Shown: one piece after another, positions 19,188 to 29,359 of the stretch
Layout: each line of letters starts with the position of its first letter
Numbering within the stretch: position 1 is the first letter of the stretch
Assembly (NCBI GenBank): GCA_964627245.1
Contig: CAZVGS010000004.1
Span: 22,806 to 86,805, forward strand
DNA: 64,000 nucleotides
Reading direction: 5' to 3'
Source of the DNA: an uncultured Gammaproteobacteria bacterium
GTDB lineage: Bacteria > Patescibacteriota > Microgenomatia > Levybacterales > GWA1-39-11
Translations under genes and position numbers: made by a program
Notes under the pieces: model-generated
Database searches by the model: none
What the model was told of the DNA's origin: nothing
The model's input: the letters and a program-made list of their open reading frames with translations, nothing else

Positions 19188-20324
19188 CTAAAGCTTGCCT
19201 GCTTTTATTTCACTTCTTAATTCCTCAACATACTTATTGAAATAGAAAAGATTATGAAATGTTAAAAGCTTTAGCGCAGTGATTTCTCCAGCTCTAAGAA
19301 GGTGGGTAATGTAATCTCTTTTGTAATTTGTACAGCTCAAGCATTCACACTTTTCATCAAGAGGCTTATTATCCTCAAGAAAAATAGATTTTCTCATGTC
19401 CAATCTTCCTTTTGAGGTAAATGCAATTCCGTGTCTTGCATAGTGGGTCGGTACTATGCAGTCAAAAGTATCAACGCCCGACTTCATGATTTCGGGGATG
19501 TCCTCCAAGTGTCCTATGCCCAGTAAGTGTCTGGGCTTATTCTCCGGTAAATGTGGAAGGGTGAATTCAAGCATATCACTCATTGTCCTTTTTTCATCCC
19601 CAAATTCTCCACCGATCCCAAACCCATCAAAGGGTAGAGAGCCAATAAACTTCGCACTTTCTGTCCTTAGTTCTTCAAATTTTCCTCCCTGGATAATGCC
19701 GTATAGTGCTTGGTTAGTTTTTTTAGAGTCCAAACAGACTTGTGCCCATCTATGGGTTTTTTCTAAGGATTTTTTAGTGTAATAATAGTCGGCAACAGGG
19801 CTTGTGCATTCATCAAAGGCAAATATTATATCCGCTCCGATTGCTTCCTGTATTTTTATTGATTCACGCGGACCTATAAATAACTTTTGTCCGTCTTTAG
19901 GACTTCTAAAAAAGACACCGTCTTCGGTTATTTTTACGTTTCTTGGCTTTTTATTGGAAGTAATTTTAAGATCCGATCTTTCTTTCAGGATTTTTCCAAC
20001 CCCGTGATCTCTTCCGAATCCGAGTGAGAAAACCTGAAACCCTCCGCTGTCTGTCATAAGAGGTCTGTCCCAATGCATGAATTTGTGAATTCCGCCCGCT
20101 TTTTTAAGAAATTTTTCGCCAGGCTTTAGGTGCAGATGGAAAGTATTTGAAATTAGAATTTGAGAGCCTGTAAGCTTGACTTCCTCGGATGTTAAAGTTT
20201 TGACAACCGCCTGCGTTGCAACGCCTACGAATGACGGCGTTTCAACCTCTCCGTGAGGAGTTTTTAAGATACCAATTCTGGCATTTGATTTTTTGGACTT
20301 GTAAGTAATATTAAAATCAATCAC
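19188..20324 (-). CDS. tgt: queuine tRNA-ribosyltransferase (tRNA-guanine transglycosylase)
   Basis: TIM-barrel Tgt motifs. Zn site CxCxxC...H (CECLSCTNYKRDYITHL). FDCIVPT motif. Confidence 0.85.
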   Translation of the reverse strand: MIDFNITYKSKKSNARIGILKTPHGEVETPSFVGVATQAVVKTLTSEEVKLTGSQILISNTFHLHLKPGEKFLKKAGGIHKFMHWDRPLMTDSGGFQVFSLGFGRDHGVGKILKERSDLKITSNKKPRNVKITEDGVFFRSPKDGQKLFIGPRESIKIQEAIGADIIFAFDECTSPVADYYYTKKSLEKTHRWAQVCLDSKKTNQALYGIIQGGKFEELRTESAKFIGSLPFDGFGIGGEFGDEKRTMSDMLEFTLPHLPENKPRHLLGIGHLEDIPEIMKSGVDTFDCIVPTHYARHGIAFTSKGRLDMRKSIFLEDNKPLDEKCECLSCTNYKRDYITHLLRAGEITALKLLTFHNLFYFNKYVEELRSEIKAGKL

Positions 20325-20366
20325 GAAGCGTATTGTATCAAACTTGAGGTGAAAAAACTTTCCTGC

Positions 20367-21155
20367 CTATCTTTTCTCAAAATAAAGAGTAACTGTTGAG
20401 GTGATGGTTTGGCTCCCGGGTTGTAAATCAGGAGTTATGCCGACATTCCCGCCGGCTCTTGTATCAAGTGACATTGCTGCTTCTTTACCGTAAAACATCG
20501 GTACGGGTCCAACACCAGACGAGGATTCGACAATGTTTACTATCTTGCCAAGCTTTATTCCAAGCTGTCCTGCAAGTCTTTGTGCCTCGGCTTTTGCATT
20601 TTCTATGGCCAGATCTCTGGCTTCCCTTTGATATTTCTCAGGTTCTTCAATTGAATAATTTGTTCCCATAACTTCATTTGCCCCGCCTTCGGTTCCTGCC
20701 TGTATTATCTCCGGCAGTTTTGATATATCATCAACTTTTACACTTACGGTTGCATTGCCGTTGTAACCGGATATTTCACCAGTTCCTCTCTCTGAATAAT
20801 CATAATTTGGATTTATTGAGTAATTAGAAGTTTTGATATCATCTTTGTTAATTCCGATTGCTGTCAGCCCACTCACAATATCATTATTAACAGTATTTAT
20901 TTTCTCCTGTGCTTCATTTATGGTGGATGCGTTATTTACGACGATACCAAGACTTACGGATGCATTATCAGGAGATGCATCGACTCTTCCTACACCGATA
21001 ACCGAGAGCTCTCCCGAAACAGATCTGTTAGCTACAGAAAGAGGGTATGAAATATTGAAATAGTTAACAAGCCAGAGAAAAAGAAAAGTCAAAATAAGAA
21101 TGCCTAAAAAATTAGCCAGAATTTTATTTTCTCTCAAAAAAGTTTTGTAATCCAC
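20367..21155 (-). CDS. SIMPL/BP26-family (DUF541) secreted or membrane-anchored protein
   Basis: N-terminal TM or signal sequence. Length and internal motifs are consistent with SIMPL proteins. Moderate, from memory. Confidence 0.55.
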   Translation of the reverse strand: MDYKTFLRENKILANFLGILILTFLFLWLVNYFNISYPLSVANRSVSGELSVIGVGRVDASPDNASVSLGIVVNNASTINEAQEKINTVNNDIVSGLTAIGINKDDIKTSNYSINPNYDYSERGTGEISGYNGNATVSVKVDDISKLPEIIQAGTEGGANEVMGTNYSIEEPEKYQREARDLAIENAKAEAQRLAGQLGIKLGKIVNIVESSSGVGPVPMFYGKEAAMSLDTRAGGNVGITPDLQPGSQTITSTVTLYFEKR

Positions 21156-21202
21156 GGGAATAGTTTACATTTAGTGGTAAAAAAAAGTCAATCATGAAAT
21201 TA

Positions 21203-24200
21203 CTAAAGTTCGTCTGTGTGGTATCTGGAATATATCATGTAGTAGACAACCGGGATGAAGAAAAGCATTATTGTTCCTGAGAAGAATAGTCCTGCAATTA
21301 TTGCACCTCCCAGGCCCTGCCATAAGGGATTGGTCAATGTAATAGGAAGCAGTCCAACCATAGTTGCAATTGAAGTAAGAGCTATCGGCTCAAGCCTTGA
21401 GGTTGACGCTTCAATAATCGCCTCAGTGAATTTCATACCCACTTCCTGATTTTTGACTATTTTATCAACAACTAAAATAGAATTCTTAACAACTATTCCG
21501 AATAATGCAAGTACACCAATAAGTGCCGGGAATGAAAGAGGGGTGTTAGTTAGAGCAAAAATTATAAGCACTCCTGTAATGGATAGTGGTATAACAAGCA
21601 TAACAATTAGAGCTCTTCTAAATGATCGAAATTGTAAAACCATTGTCGCAATGATAAGCAAGAATGAAAAAATCATGGCTTGCAGTATAGAGTTGACGGA
21701 ATTTTGGTTTTCTTCATTTACTCCTCCGGTTGCCCAGCCGTATCCTTCGGGAAGATTTAGAGAATCAGCATAATCTTCAAGGTTGCTATTTAGATCTGCA
21801 ATATTATTTCCTGCGACCACTCCAGCAGTAACCGATAATGTCCTATTTCCGTCCTCACGTGTTATGAGTGTCGGATTTGCTTTGAGCTCTAATTTTCCAA
21901 GAGAAAGAAGAGGAACAGACCCATTATCTGTTGGTATTGATATTCTTGAAATATCTTCAACGCTTTGAGTAGACTCGCTAAGTCTTATAGAAATATCTTC
22001 AGTAAGGTCAATTTCTCCGGGGATATTTATGGTATCTACTTCAAAACCGCTTGCAAAGATTCTTAGCCAAATGCCTAATTGATCAACGGTAATTCTATTT
22101 GCTGCTAACTTTGAATAGTCAGGCACAAACACTAATTTTGATGTCCCTGATTTTATGGATTTATCTATATTTGTTGTTCCTTGTAATGTAACCAGATAAT
22201 CCTGGATCTTGTCGGCATAACTATTCAGTACAGAAAGATCAGGACCAAATAACTTTATCTGCAGGTCTGCTCCGGCAGGCGGTCCGCCTGACACCTCATT
22301 TACGGAGATTTTCCCTTTATCGTAATTCACAAAGTCATTCCTTAGTTTTGCCGCAATTTCAGATGAACTTTTTGATCTATCTGAATTAAGAAGTATAGAA
22401 TATAAAACACTGTTCCCACCGCTTCCTCCGGGGCCCATTTCAGAAGAAAATCCCTGACCTGTCTCAAGAGTTAAAAACTCGGCTTCTTTTAATTTTTTGA
22501 GATTTTCCATAAAGACGAGTCCTTCTTCATGAACTGTCTTGAAGTTAGTTCCGGTTGGGAATTCTATAGAAACATATAAATTGTCTTCGTCTGTTTTCGG
22601 AAAAAATTCATTTTTAACAATTCCAAGCGGAACCAGTAAAAAGGAAAATATTAAAAATACAGAAACAAAAATAACAGTATTTTTTCTGCCCCGCTTAGAA
22701 TGAAGAATTCCTTCCAATACTTTTTGATAACGCCTCTCAATAATATTAAAGTGAATAAGACCATTGTCTAGAGCGCGTCGGTAGTCAAATTTTATGTCAA
22801 TCCTTTCTTTTATTCCTGGAAGCATTTTTCCCCATAATTTTGAGACAACAAATAGAAAGGCGATTACAGCCAGTATTTCAATAAGTACAATATTGGATTG
22901 AGGCAAAATAAAGACGAATAGAGAATAAAGAAGGGTCGTAAATAGCAGGATAATTAAGAGCACCTTTACTCTAAAAGGAACAATAGGCTTAAGTAAAAAG
23001 ACCATTAAAGGGACAGTAATAAAAATTGCAACAAAAAGTGAGCCCAAAAGTGTTGATGATACAACTATCGGAATCGGCTTGATAAATTCACCGATAATGC
23101 CGGTACCTAAAATAAGCGGTATAAATGCCCAGACAGTCGTAATGGTAGTTGTTAGTATCGCGACCTTAAAATCACGAAAAACGAGAAGTGCTGTTTCAAG
23201 CGGTGTAAATTTATGAGTTCTGTAGTAAGCGGTCATTGCGCTTATTACAACTATAGTGTCATCAACCAAAAGTCCAAGAGATAGAATCAATGAGAATGTT
23301 GCCAAGAAAGAAAACTCAATGTTTGTTGCCTGCATGACGAAAAATGTAATAAGAAAAGAAAAGGGCACTGACAGCATTGATATAAATGCTTGTCTTATTC
23401 CAAGAAAAATTAAAAGAACTACAAAAACCAGGGTTATGGTTATGAGAACGTCTCTTATTAGATGACCGAATTCCTCGTTCAATAATTCTGAAGAGTTGAT
23501 AATGGTTTTAACCTCAAAATCTGAGCCTTCACTTTTCAATTTTTCATCGATCAGCTCTTCAGCCTGATGTGTTGCCTCCTCTATGTTAATTGAAGTAACA
23601 CGGAAAACATTAAAACTTACCGATGGTCTGATGTCTCCATCCGACAAAACGTATGATTGATTTTGGTCCGGTTTTGAGATCTCTTTAACTTCAGATATAT
23701 CCCCAAGGGATACTATTTGACCTGCTACTGAAAGTTTTAAGTCGCGGATATCCCCGATATCAATCAATCCGGGATCAATCGTTAAAGAAAACTCAGAGGA
23801 GCTGGTTTTGACAATTCCTGCCGGAAAAGAACTGAGACTGCCTTTTATTACAGAGCTTAATTGAAGAGGATTGATTTCGTATGTTGAGATAGCTTCAGGC
23901 TTAAGTATGATTTGTATTTCTTGCTCATCAATTCCCGTAATGCTTACATTGTCAATTGTTGATAAATCCTCTAAATCATTCTTAAGGCTCCGTGCAAATC
24001 GGATAAGACTTGCCCTGTCATTATTTTCAGACACTAAATTAAATGTCCAAATCGGCTGGTTTTCGAAATCAAGTTTTATTACATTTGGATCTAGCGCGTC
24101 TTCTGGAAGATCATTTATTGATGTAACTGCCGAATTGACGTCGTCTCTTGCCTTATCGGGGTCTGTTCCTGATTCGAATTCAATTTGTATGACAGAAACA

Positions 24201-24511
24201 GAATCTCTTGAAGTAGATGTCACCTGCTTTACCTTATCAAGTCCTTCAATCGCATCTTCGATAGGTATCGTAATTAGCGACTCGATATCAGACGGACTGC
24301 CCCCCGGCAGAACCGTTGAAACTATAACTAGAGGTATATTTATCGTCGGATTTAATTTTCTCGGAAGGGATACGTAAGCAGAGACCCCAAGGGCTATTAC
24401 GGTCAGAACAACGATAACAACAAGTCTAAAGTTAGTTAGATATTTTGCAAAAAAAGACTTTAAGAGACTATTGTCAAATTTTAATTGTTGTAGATATTTG
24501 GAAGTACTCAT
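21203..24511 (-). CDS. RND-superfamily efflux transporter permease (AcrB/HAE-like, 1102 aa)
   Basis: 12-TM topology with two large extracytoplasmic loops. Conserved TM4 motif LVDDTIVVISAM (AcrB LVDDAIVVVEN). Confidence 0.85.
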   Translation of the reverse strand: MSTSKYLQQLKFDNSLLKSFFAKYLTNFRLVVIVVLTVIALGVSAYVSLPRKLNPTINIPLVIVSTVLPGGSPSDIESLITIPIEDAIEGLDKVKQVTSTSRDSVSVIQIEFESGTDPDKARDDVNSAVTSINDLPEDALDPNVIKLDFENQPIWTFNLVSENNDRASLIRFARSLKNDLEDLSTIDNVSITGIDEQEIQIILKPEAISTYEINPLQLSSVIKGSLSSFPAGIVKTSSSEFSLTIDPGLIDIGDIRDLKLSVAGQIVSLGDISEVKEISKPDQNQSYVLSDGDIRPSVSFNVFRVTSINIEEATHQAEELIDEKLKSEGSDFEVKTIINSSELLNEEFGHLIRDVLITITLVFVVLLIFLGIRQAFISMLSVPFSFLITFFVMQATNIEFSFLATFSLILSLGLLVDDTIVVISAMTAYYRTHKFTPLETALLVFRDFKVAILTTTITTVWAFIPLILGTGIIGEFIKPIPIVVSSTLLGSLFVAIFITVPLMVFLLKPIVPFRVKVLLIILLFTTLLYSLFVFILPQSNIVLIEILAVIAFLFVVSKLWGKMLPGIKERIDIKFDYRRALDNGLIHFNIIERRYQKVLEGILHSKRGRKNTVIFVSVFLIFSFLLVPLGIVKNEFFPKTDEDNLYVSIEFPTGTNFKTVHEEGLVFMENLKKLKEAEFLTLETGQGFSSEMGPGGSGGNSVLYSILLNSDRSKSSSEIAAKLRNDFVNYDKGKISVNEVSGGPPAGADLQIKLFGPDLSVLNSYADKIQDYLVTLQGTTNIDKSIKSGTSKLVFVPDYSKLAANRITVDQLGIWLRIFASGFEVDTINIPGEIDLTEDISIRLSESTQSVEDISRISIPTDNGSVPLLSLGKLELKANPTLITREDGNRTLSVTAGVVAGNNIADLNSNLEDYADSLNLPEGYGWATGGVNEENQNSVNSILQAMIFSFLLIIATMVLQFRSFRRALIVMLVIPLSITGVLIIFALTNTPLSFPALIGVLALFGIVVKNSILVVDKIVKNQEVGMKFTEAIIEASTSRLEPIALTSIATMVGLLPITLTNPLWQGLGGAIIAGLFFSGTIMLFFIPVVYYMIYSRYHTDEL

Positions 24512-24517
24512 GCATTG

Positions 24518-26020
24518 CTATTTGTTAATTTTTACAATTTCTCCTTCGATGACATTTCTCGAGAGAATTACCTGGTCTTTCTTGGAAAGACCTTTGATAA
24601 CCGTTACGTATCCGCCGGTTACACTTCCCAATTCCACCTTTTTGGACGAAGCTTTTCCATTTTCAGCAACATATACATAGGCTTCGTCTTGTGTTTGGAA
24701 AACACTGTCTACCGGAATAAAGGGGTAAGGACTTTCCAAATTTTGACTTATCGGCAAAGTTACAGAAATAAATGAATTGTCGGTGAAATAACTTTTGTAA
24801 TTCTCATCGATAGCAAAAAGTACAGAATAGAGTTGACCGTCTGTTGCTTCGGATGAAATATATGAGGGAGTTGCATCAATAACTTTCCCGTTTACAAAAA
24901 GTTTTGACTTAGAAATTACTGAGACTTTGTCTGCTGTTTCTTTCGAAACCTTAGCATCAACTACAACTTCCCCAGTCGAGCCTGAGAACGTAACCAGAGT
25001 CATTCCCGGTGTGACATTGTCTCCAACCTTAACATGAATTTTTTGAACTGTACCGGCAAATGGGGACGATGGGTACATGTTGGCTTCTTGTATCTTTGCA
25101 AGCTGTAGAGATATGCCAGACGTTTTAAGACTCATCTCAAGACCTTTTTGCTGAAGATCAAGCTGGGCAAGCGCAATATCTTTGCTAATTCTTCCAAGAT
25201 CAACGGCCGCATCATCTTCATTCGTCTGATATTCATTTGCTCTGAGTGAGGCTTGAAGCTGATTGTTCCCTGCCTGCAGCTGAGCTTGAATTTGCTGAAG
25301 GCTTAATATTTGTGCAGGATCCCCATTTGACTGTTCTAGGGATTGTATGTTTGATTTGACAGTATTCAAAATCTCAGAATTCAAATTTATCAAGGTTCTT
25401 GTTTCATCAATGGATACACTTGTTATGTCGCGAAGCGTGTCTGAATTCTCACTTTGTCTATTTGCAAGATCCCTTTGCCTTTCAATAAGTCCTTTTTGAA
25501 TATCGTATGTCTCTTTAGTATTTTGATAAGTGAGGGCTGCAAGCTGTCTCTGAAGCGATGCTGCATTTCCACCCTGATAATTTGATGAAAGGCTGATGAT
25601 TGTTTTGCCTTTTGCAAGTTCTTGTCCCTCTAAAGCATTGATTGATGAGATAATTCCAGGACTTTGGGCAACAATTTTTATGACTCCGCCTTTTTTGACT
25701 TTTCCCTGTACGGTTATTTTTGCATTTTCTCCTATATTAAAAACGTCTACATTTTTAGCTTCGGTTCTCGTTTCAATTTTGGGAGCTTTTACACTAAAAA
25801 TTGTGCTTCCAAGAAAAATAATTATAAACAATGTTATTAGTGCTATAAAAAATGAAGTGAAAGGCTTTTTCTGTGCAAAGACTATCGTCTTTTGATAGCG
25901 ATTTTTTGCTTCAAATTTTTTAATTCTTGAGTCTACTGTTTTTTTGATATCACCAAACTTTGAGAAGCGGTTGACCGGGGCAGATCTTTTTGAGCTTGGC
26001 AACCTTTTTGGTGTTGCCAT
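24518..26020 (-). CDS. efflux periplasmic adaptor (membrane fusion protein, HlyD family) paired with the RND pump
   Basis: N-terminal TM. Biotinyl/lipoyl-like hairpin (GVIKIVAQSPGIISSINALEGQELAKGKTIISL). Long coiled coil. Beta-barrel C-terminus. Confidence 0.75.
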   Translation of the reverse strand: MATPKRLPSSKRSAPVNRFSKFGDIKKTVDSRIKKFEAKNRYQKTIVFAQKKPFTSFFIALITLFIIIFLGSTIFSVKAPKIETRTEAKNVDVFNIGENAKITVQGKVKKGGVIKIVAQSPGIISSINALEGQELAKGKTIISLSSNYQGGNAASLQRQLAALTYQNTKETYDIQKGLIERQRDLANRQSENSDTLRDITSVSIDETRTLINLNSEILNTVKSNIQSLEQSNGDPAQILSLQQIQAQLQAGNNQLQASLRANEYQTNEDDAAVDLGRISKDIALAQLDLQQKGLEMSLKTSGISLQLAKIQEANMYPSSPFAGTVQKIHVKVGDNVTPGMTLVTFSGSTGEVVVDAKVSKETADKVSVISKSKLFVNGKVIDATPSYISSEATDGQLYSVLFAIDENYKSYFTDNSFISVTLPISQNLESPYPFIPVDSVFQTQDEAYVYVAENGKASSKKVELGSVTGGYVTVIKGLSKKDQVILSRNVIEGEIVKINK

Positions 26021-26068
26021 ATTAAGTATCAGATTGTAGCAGTTGCAAGCCTCAAAAACAAGAGATAT

Positions 26069-27280
26069 TTACTCGTATCTAAGTGCATCTATTGGCGACA
26101 ATCTTGCGGCGCGACGGGCGGGGTAAAGTCCAAAAACAATTCCAACAAGCGTTGATACACCAACAGCAATTAGGATGGCAGGTACACTCACGACGAATGG
26201 GATTCCTGCAATTAAAGACACGAGCCATGCTCCGCCAATTCCTATTGAAATTCCAATAAGTCCGCCTATAAGAGTCATGACTACTGATTCCATCAAAAAT
26301 TGGGTTAAGATGTCTTTTTGTTTTGCGCCGATTGCCTTTAAGAGTCCTATTTCTTTTGTTCGCTCTGTAACTGATACAAGCATTATATTCATGACTCCAA
26401 CTCCTCCAACTACGAGTGAAATTCCTGAGATACCTGCTATCATGGCTGTTAATAGTCCGGTAATTGTTTGGACAGTTGATAATATATCCTGAGCGCTTGA
26501 TATTTGAAAATCGTTCTCATCATCTTCATCTAAATTGTGTTGTTCGCGGAGCAGTGCTTCAACATCTTCAATTGTTTGGTTGATGCTATCCTGATCATAG
26601 ACACTAATATCAATTTCCTGGAGTCTTTCTTCACCAAGTATCTCATTTGTTACAATATCAATTGGAATAAAAAGAGATTTGTTTAGAAAGCTTCCCGCAA
26701 GAGCGCTTGAAGAATTAAGAACACCTGTTACTCTAAATATACGTCCGCCAATTCTAAGGGTTTCACCAACCGGATTCGTATCTTCTCCGAAAAAGTTCTC
26801 TGATACATCTGTTCCAATAACAGCAATTCTTTCAGATGATAGAACTTGTTCTTCCGTAATAAATTCTCCATAAATCATATCGGGCCGAAAAATTTCTAAC
26901 GCCTCATGGGTTGATCCATAAACAAGATACTCATCTTCTTGTCCATTTGCCTGCACTTTTGTGGAAGCCATGGCGAAAGGAGCGATATTCCTGATATTGG
27001 TTAATGAAGTGTTGTTTCTTATAATTTCAAGATCATCAAAAGTAAGAGATGTGGATCCGGCAATTGCACTTATTTGACTTGTCCCGGGATTTATTTGAAA
27101 ATAGTCCGTTCCAAATTGTGCAAGTTCATTAGTTATAAATTTAACAGCACCTTGACCGATGGAATAAATGAGAATAACCGAAGTTATTCCAATAATAATT
27201 CCAAGCATAGTCAAGGAAGTTCTCATTTTGTTGACTCTTAAAGCTTGAATTGCGCTTATGAAGATTTCTCTATATTCCAT
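26069..27280 (-). CDS. ABC transporter permease, MacB/FtsX family (MacB periplasmic core domain + 3 C-terminal TMs)
   Basis: N-terminal TM, ~220-aa extracytoplasmic domain, then the FtsX-type TM bundle. Adjacent to its ATPase. Confidence 0.8.
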   Translation of the reverse strand: MEYREIFISAIQALRVNKMRTSLTMLGIIIGITSVILIYSIGQGAVKFITNELAQFGTDYFQINPGTSQISAIAGSTSLTFDDLEIIRNNTSLTNIRNIAPFAMASTKVQANGQEDEYLVYGSTHEALEIFRPDMIYGEFITEEQVLSSERIAVIGTDVSENFFGEDTNPVGETLRIGGRIFRVTGVLNSSSALAGSFLNKSLFIPIDIVTNEILGEERLQEIDISVYDQDSINQTIEDVEALLREQHNLDEDDENDFQISSAQDILSTVQTITGLLTAMIAGISGISLVVGGVGVMNIMLVSVTERTKEIGLLKAIGAKQKDILTQFLMESVVMTLIGGLIGISIGIGGAWLVSLIAGIPFVVSVPAILIAVGVSTLVGIVFGLYPARRAARLSPIDALRYE

Positions 27281-27288
27281 ATGACTTT

Positions 27289-27996
27289 TTAAATCTTTCT
27301 GCCATTTTGTATGTCGCTTACAATTTTCCCGTCGACCAGTTTTATAACTCTTTTTGCGAAGGCTGCAATATCATGCTCGTGAGTAATTATTATTATTGTT
27401 TTTCCATCTTCGTTCAGTTTTTTCATAAAGCTCATTATTTCATGTGATGTTTTGCTGTCCAGGTTTCCCGTCGGCTCATCGGCAAGGATTATGGATGGAT
27501 TCATGACAAGTGCACGGGCAATTGCTACTCTCTGAATTTGACCACCTGAAATACGGTTGGATAAATTATTGGCTTTATCTGCAATTCCAACTCTCTCTAA
27601 AGACTGCATAGCTCTTAAGTTTCTCTCCTTTTCGTCAATTCCTGCATACATCATGGGTTTTTCTACATTCTTAATAACTGTTGTTCTTGAGAGAAGGTTA
27701 AATGATTGGAAAACAAATCCAATCTCCCGGTTTCTTATTTCAGCCAGTTGGTCCTCTGTGTAGCTTGAAATGTTTTTTCCTTTAAGGCGATATTTACCAT
27801 CAGTTGGTACATCTAGAGCTCCCAGAATATGCATGAGAGTGGATTTTCCACTACCCGATGGTCCCATTATGGCGACGAATTCACCTTCATAAATCTTAAG
27901 GCTAATGCCATTAATTGCCCGATAAACTTCATCCTCACCAATCGGATATTCTTTAATTATTTTTTCAAGTTCAATTAAAAGAGGTTCTTTTGGCAT
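27289..27996 (-). CDS. ABC transporter ATP-binding protein (MacB/LolD-type)
   Basis: Walker A GPSGSGKSTL. Signature LSGGQIQRVAIARAL. Walker B ILADEPTGNLD. H-loop. Confidence 0.9.
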   Translation of the reverse strand: MPKEPLLIELEKIIKEYPIGEDEVYRAINGISLKIYEGEFVAIMGPSGSGKSTLMHILGALDVPTDGKYRLKGKNISSYTEDQLAEIRNREIGFVFQSFNLLSRTTVIKNVEKPMMYAGIDEKERNLRAMQSLERVGIADKANNLSNRISGGQIQRVAIARALVMNPSIILADEPTGNLDSKTSHEIMSFMKKLNEDGKTIIIITHEHDIAAFAKRVIKLVDGKIVSDIQNGRKI

Positions 27997-28004
27997 TTCA
28001 TTTG

Positions 28005-29270
28005 TTAGCTTCCGAATAATCCCGGTCTTTGAATATTTTCGTTGGAAAGAGTAGATATTACTTCTTGTCCTTCGGATAAGCCTTTTAGTATTTGTGTTTT
28101 TTCTGTACCACGCACGCCGGTAACAACAGGAATATATTTGAATTTTTCAGGTCTTGAGTTGTCCGGCACTCTTACTGCCCGTCCTCCTTGGTATGGTTTA
28201 ACAGAAGCATTACTGACACTCAAAACATTCTCAAGCTTTTGAGTCGTAATCTCAACATCTGTCGTCATCCCTTGCTTGATTTTATTATCTGAGTCAAGAA
28301 TTGTGATAAATGTTTTGTATGACACAACGCCTTGGTTGTCTGTTCCGACAGCATCAACTCTATCCACCATCCCTTTGTATTTTTTATTTGATATGGCATT
28401 TATTTCAATCTCTGCATTTTGTCCCGGCTGGACTTTCGTTATGTCAGTTTCTGATAGTTCTAATAATATTTCATTCTTGTAGTGAGACATAAGAATTAAT
28501 GACGGAGCAGTTGAGGTGCCTGTAAGAGAAATACTCTTAATAGATACTGAGCTCCCTGTTGTTATAGCAAGGTTTACAATTGTTCCATTGACTGGTGCTG
28601 TAACAGTTGCATCTTGTGTAGCCATATATAGTGCATGGGTTGATGCAACCGAGGATTGTGCTTGTGCAATTGCAGTCTGTTGATCTTTGTATTCTTTTTC
28701 GGCGGCTAACCATGTATCTTGAGCGATTTGAAATTCGGCAGCTTCCCTATTTTTTTCGTCAGGAGTATCATCACTTTTTTCGTATGTTGAATTTGTAGCA
28801 AGATTTCTGAAAGAATCCCATTGGGCATACATGGATGCTCTTAAAGAATTAGCAGCTGTTTGAACCGTATTTAGTGAATTTACGGCAGCCAAGTAATTTG
28901 CTTGTGCCTGGCGCTTTTCCTGTTCTGTTGCACTGCTTTTTACTACAAATAATTTTTCACCTTCTTCTACATACATCCCGTTCTTGACATAGGTTTCAGT
29001 TATGATTCCGTTTGATGGAGAGTAGACATCAATCCTTCCACTTGAGACGACATTTCCCGATTCTGTAACAGTTTCGACAATATCACTTTTTGCTACTTTT
29101 TCTAATGTGTATGGGGGAGGTTTGGTTGCATTTCCTATGATACTTGCGACAAAGGAAAATCCGATTGTGATAATAATTATAATAAGAATTTTTTTCTTTA
29201 GAGATCTTTTTTTGAACCATTCCCATGGTTTTGAGAGAAGAGTCTTAAGACCATTTATTTTTTTTCTCAT
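28005..29270 (-). CDS. efflux periplasmic adaptor (HlyD/MacA-like) of the ABC-type exporter
   Basis: N-terminal TM ILIIIIITIGFSFVASIIG. Coiled-coil hairpin. Barrel-sandwich architecture. Confidence 0.75.
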   Translation of the reverse strand: MRKKINGLKTLLSKPWEWFKKRSLKKKILIIIIITIGFSFVASIIGNATKPPPYTLEKVAKSDIVETVTESGNVVSSGRIDVYSPSNGIITETYVKNGMYVEEGEKLFVVKSSATEQEKRQAQANYLAAVNSLNTVQTAANSLRASMYAQWDSFRNLATNSTYEKSDDTPDEKNREAAEFQIAQDTWLAAEKEYKDQQTAIAQAQSSVASTHALYMATQDATVTAPVNGTIVNLAITTGSSVSIKSISLTGTSTAPSLILMSHYKNEILLELSETDITKVQPGQNAEIEINAISNKKYKGMVDRVDAVGTDNQGVVSYKTFITILDSDNKIKQGMTTDVEITTQKLENVLSVSNASVKPYQGGRAVRVPDNSRPEKFKYIPVVTGVRGTEKTQILKGLSEGQEVISTLSNENIQRPGLFGS

Positions 29271-29359
29271 ACATATATATTAACATTTAATATTAACATT
29301 GAAGGACACTTCTTAAAACTCTATTTTTCAAATAATGCTATAACGCCTCTTGACACAGT

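Noticed and set aside
23871-24377. A 168-aa antisense ORF inside the RND permease gene. Similar long antisense ORFs lie inside pilB (12259-12575) and rnj (47400-47888).
   Set aside because: Each lies entirely within a strongly supported conserved CDS on the other strand. Their products are Ser/Ile-rich with no motifs.
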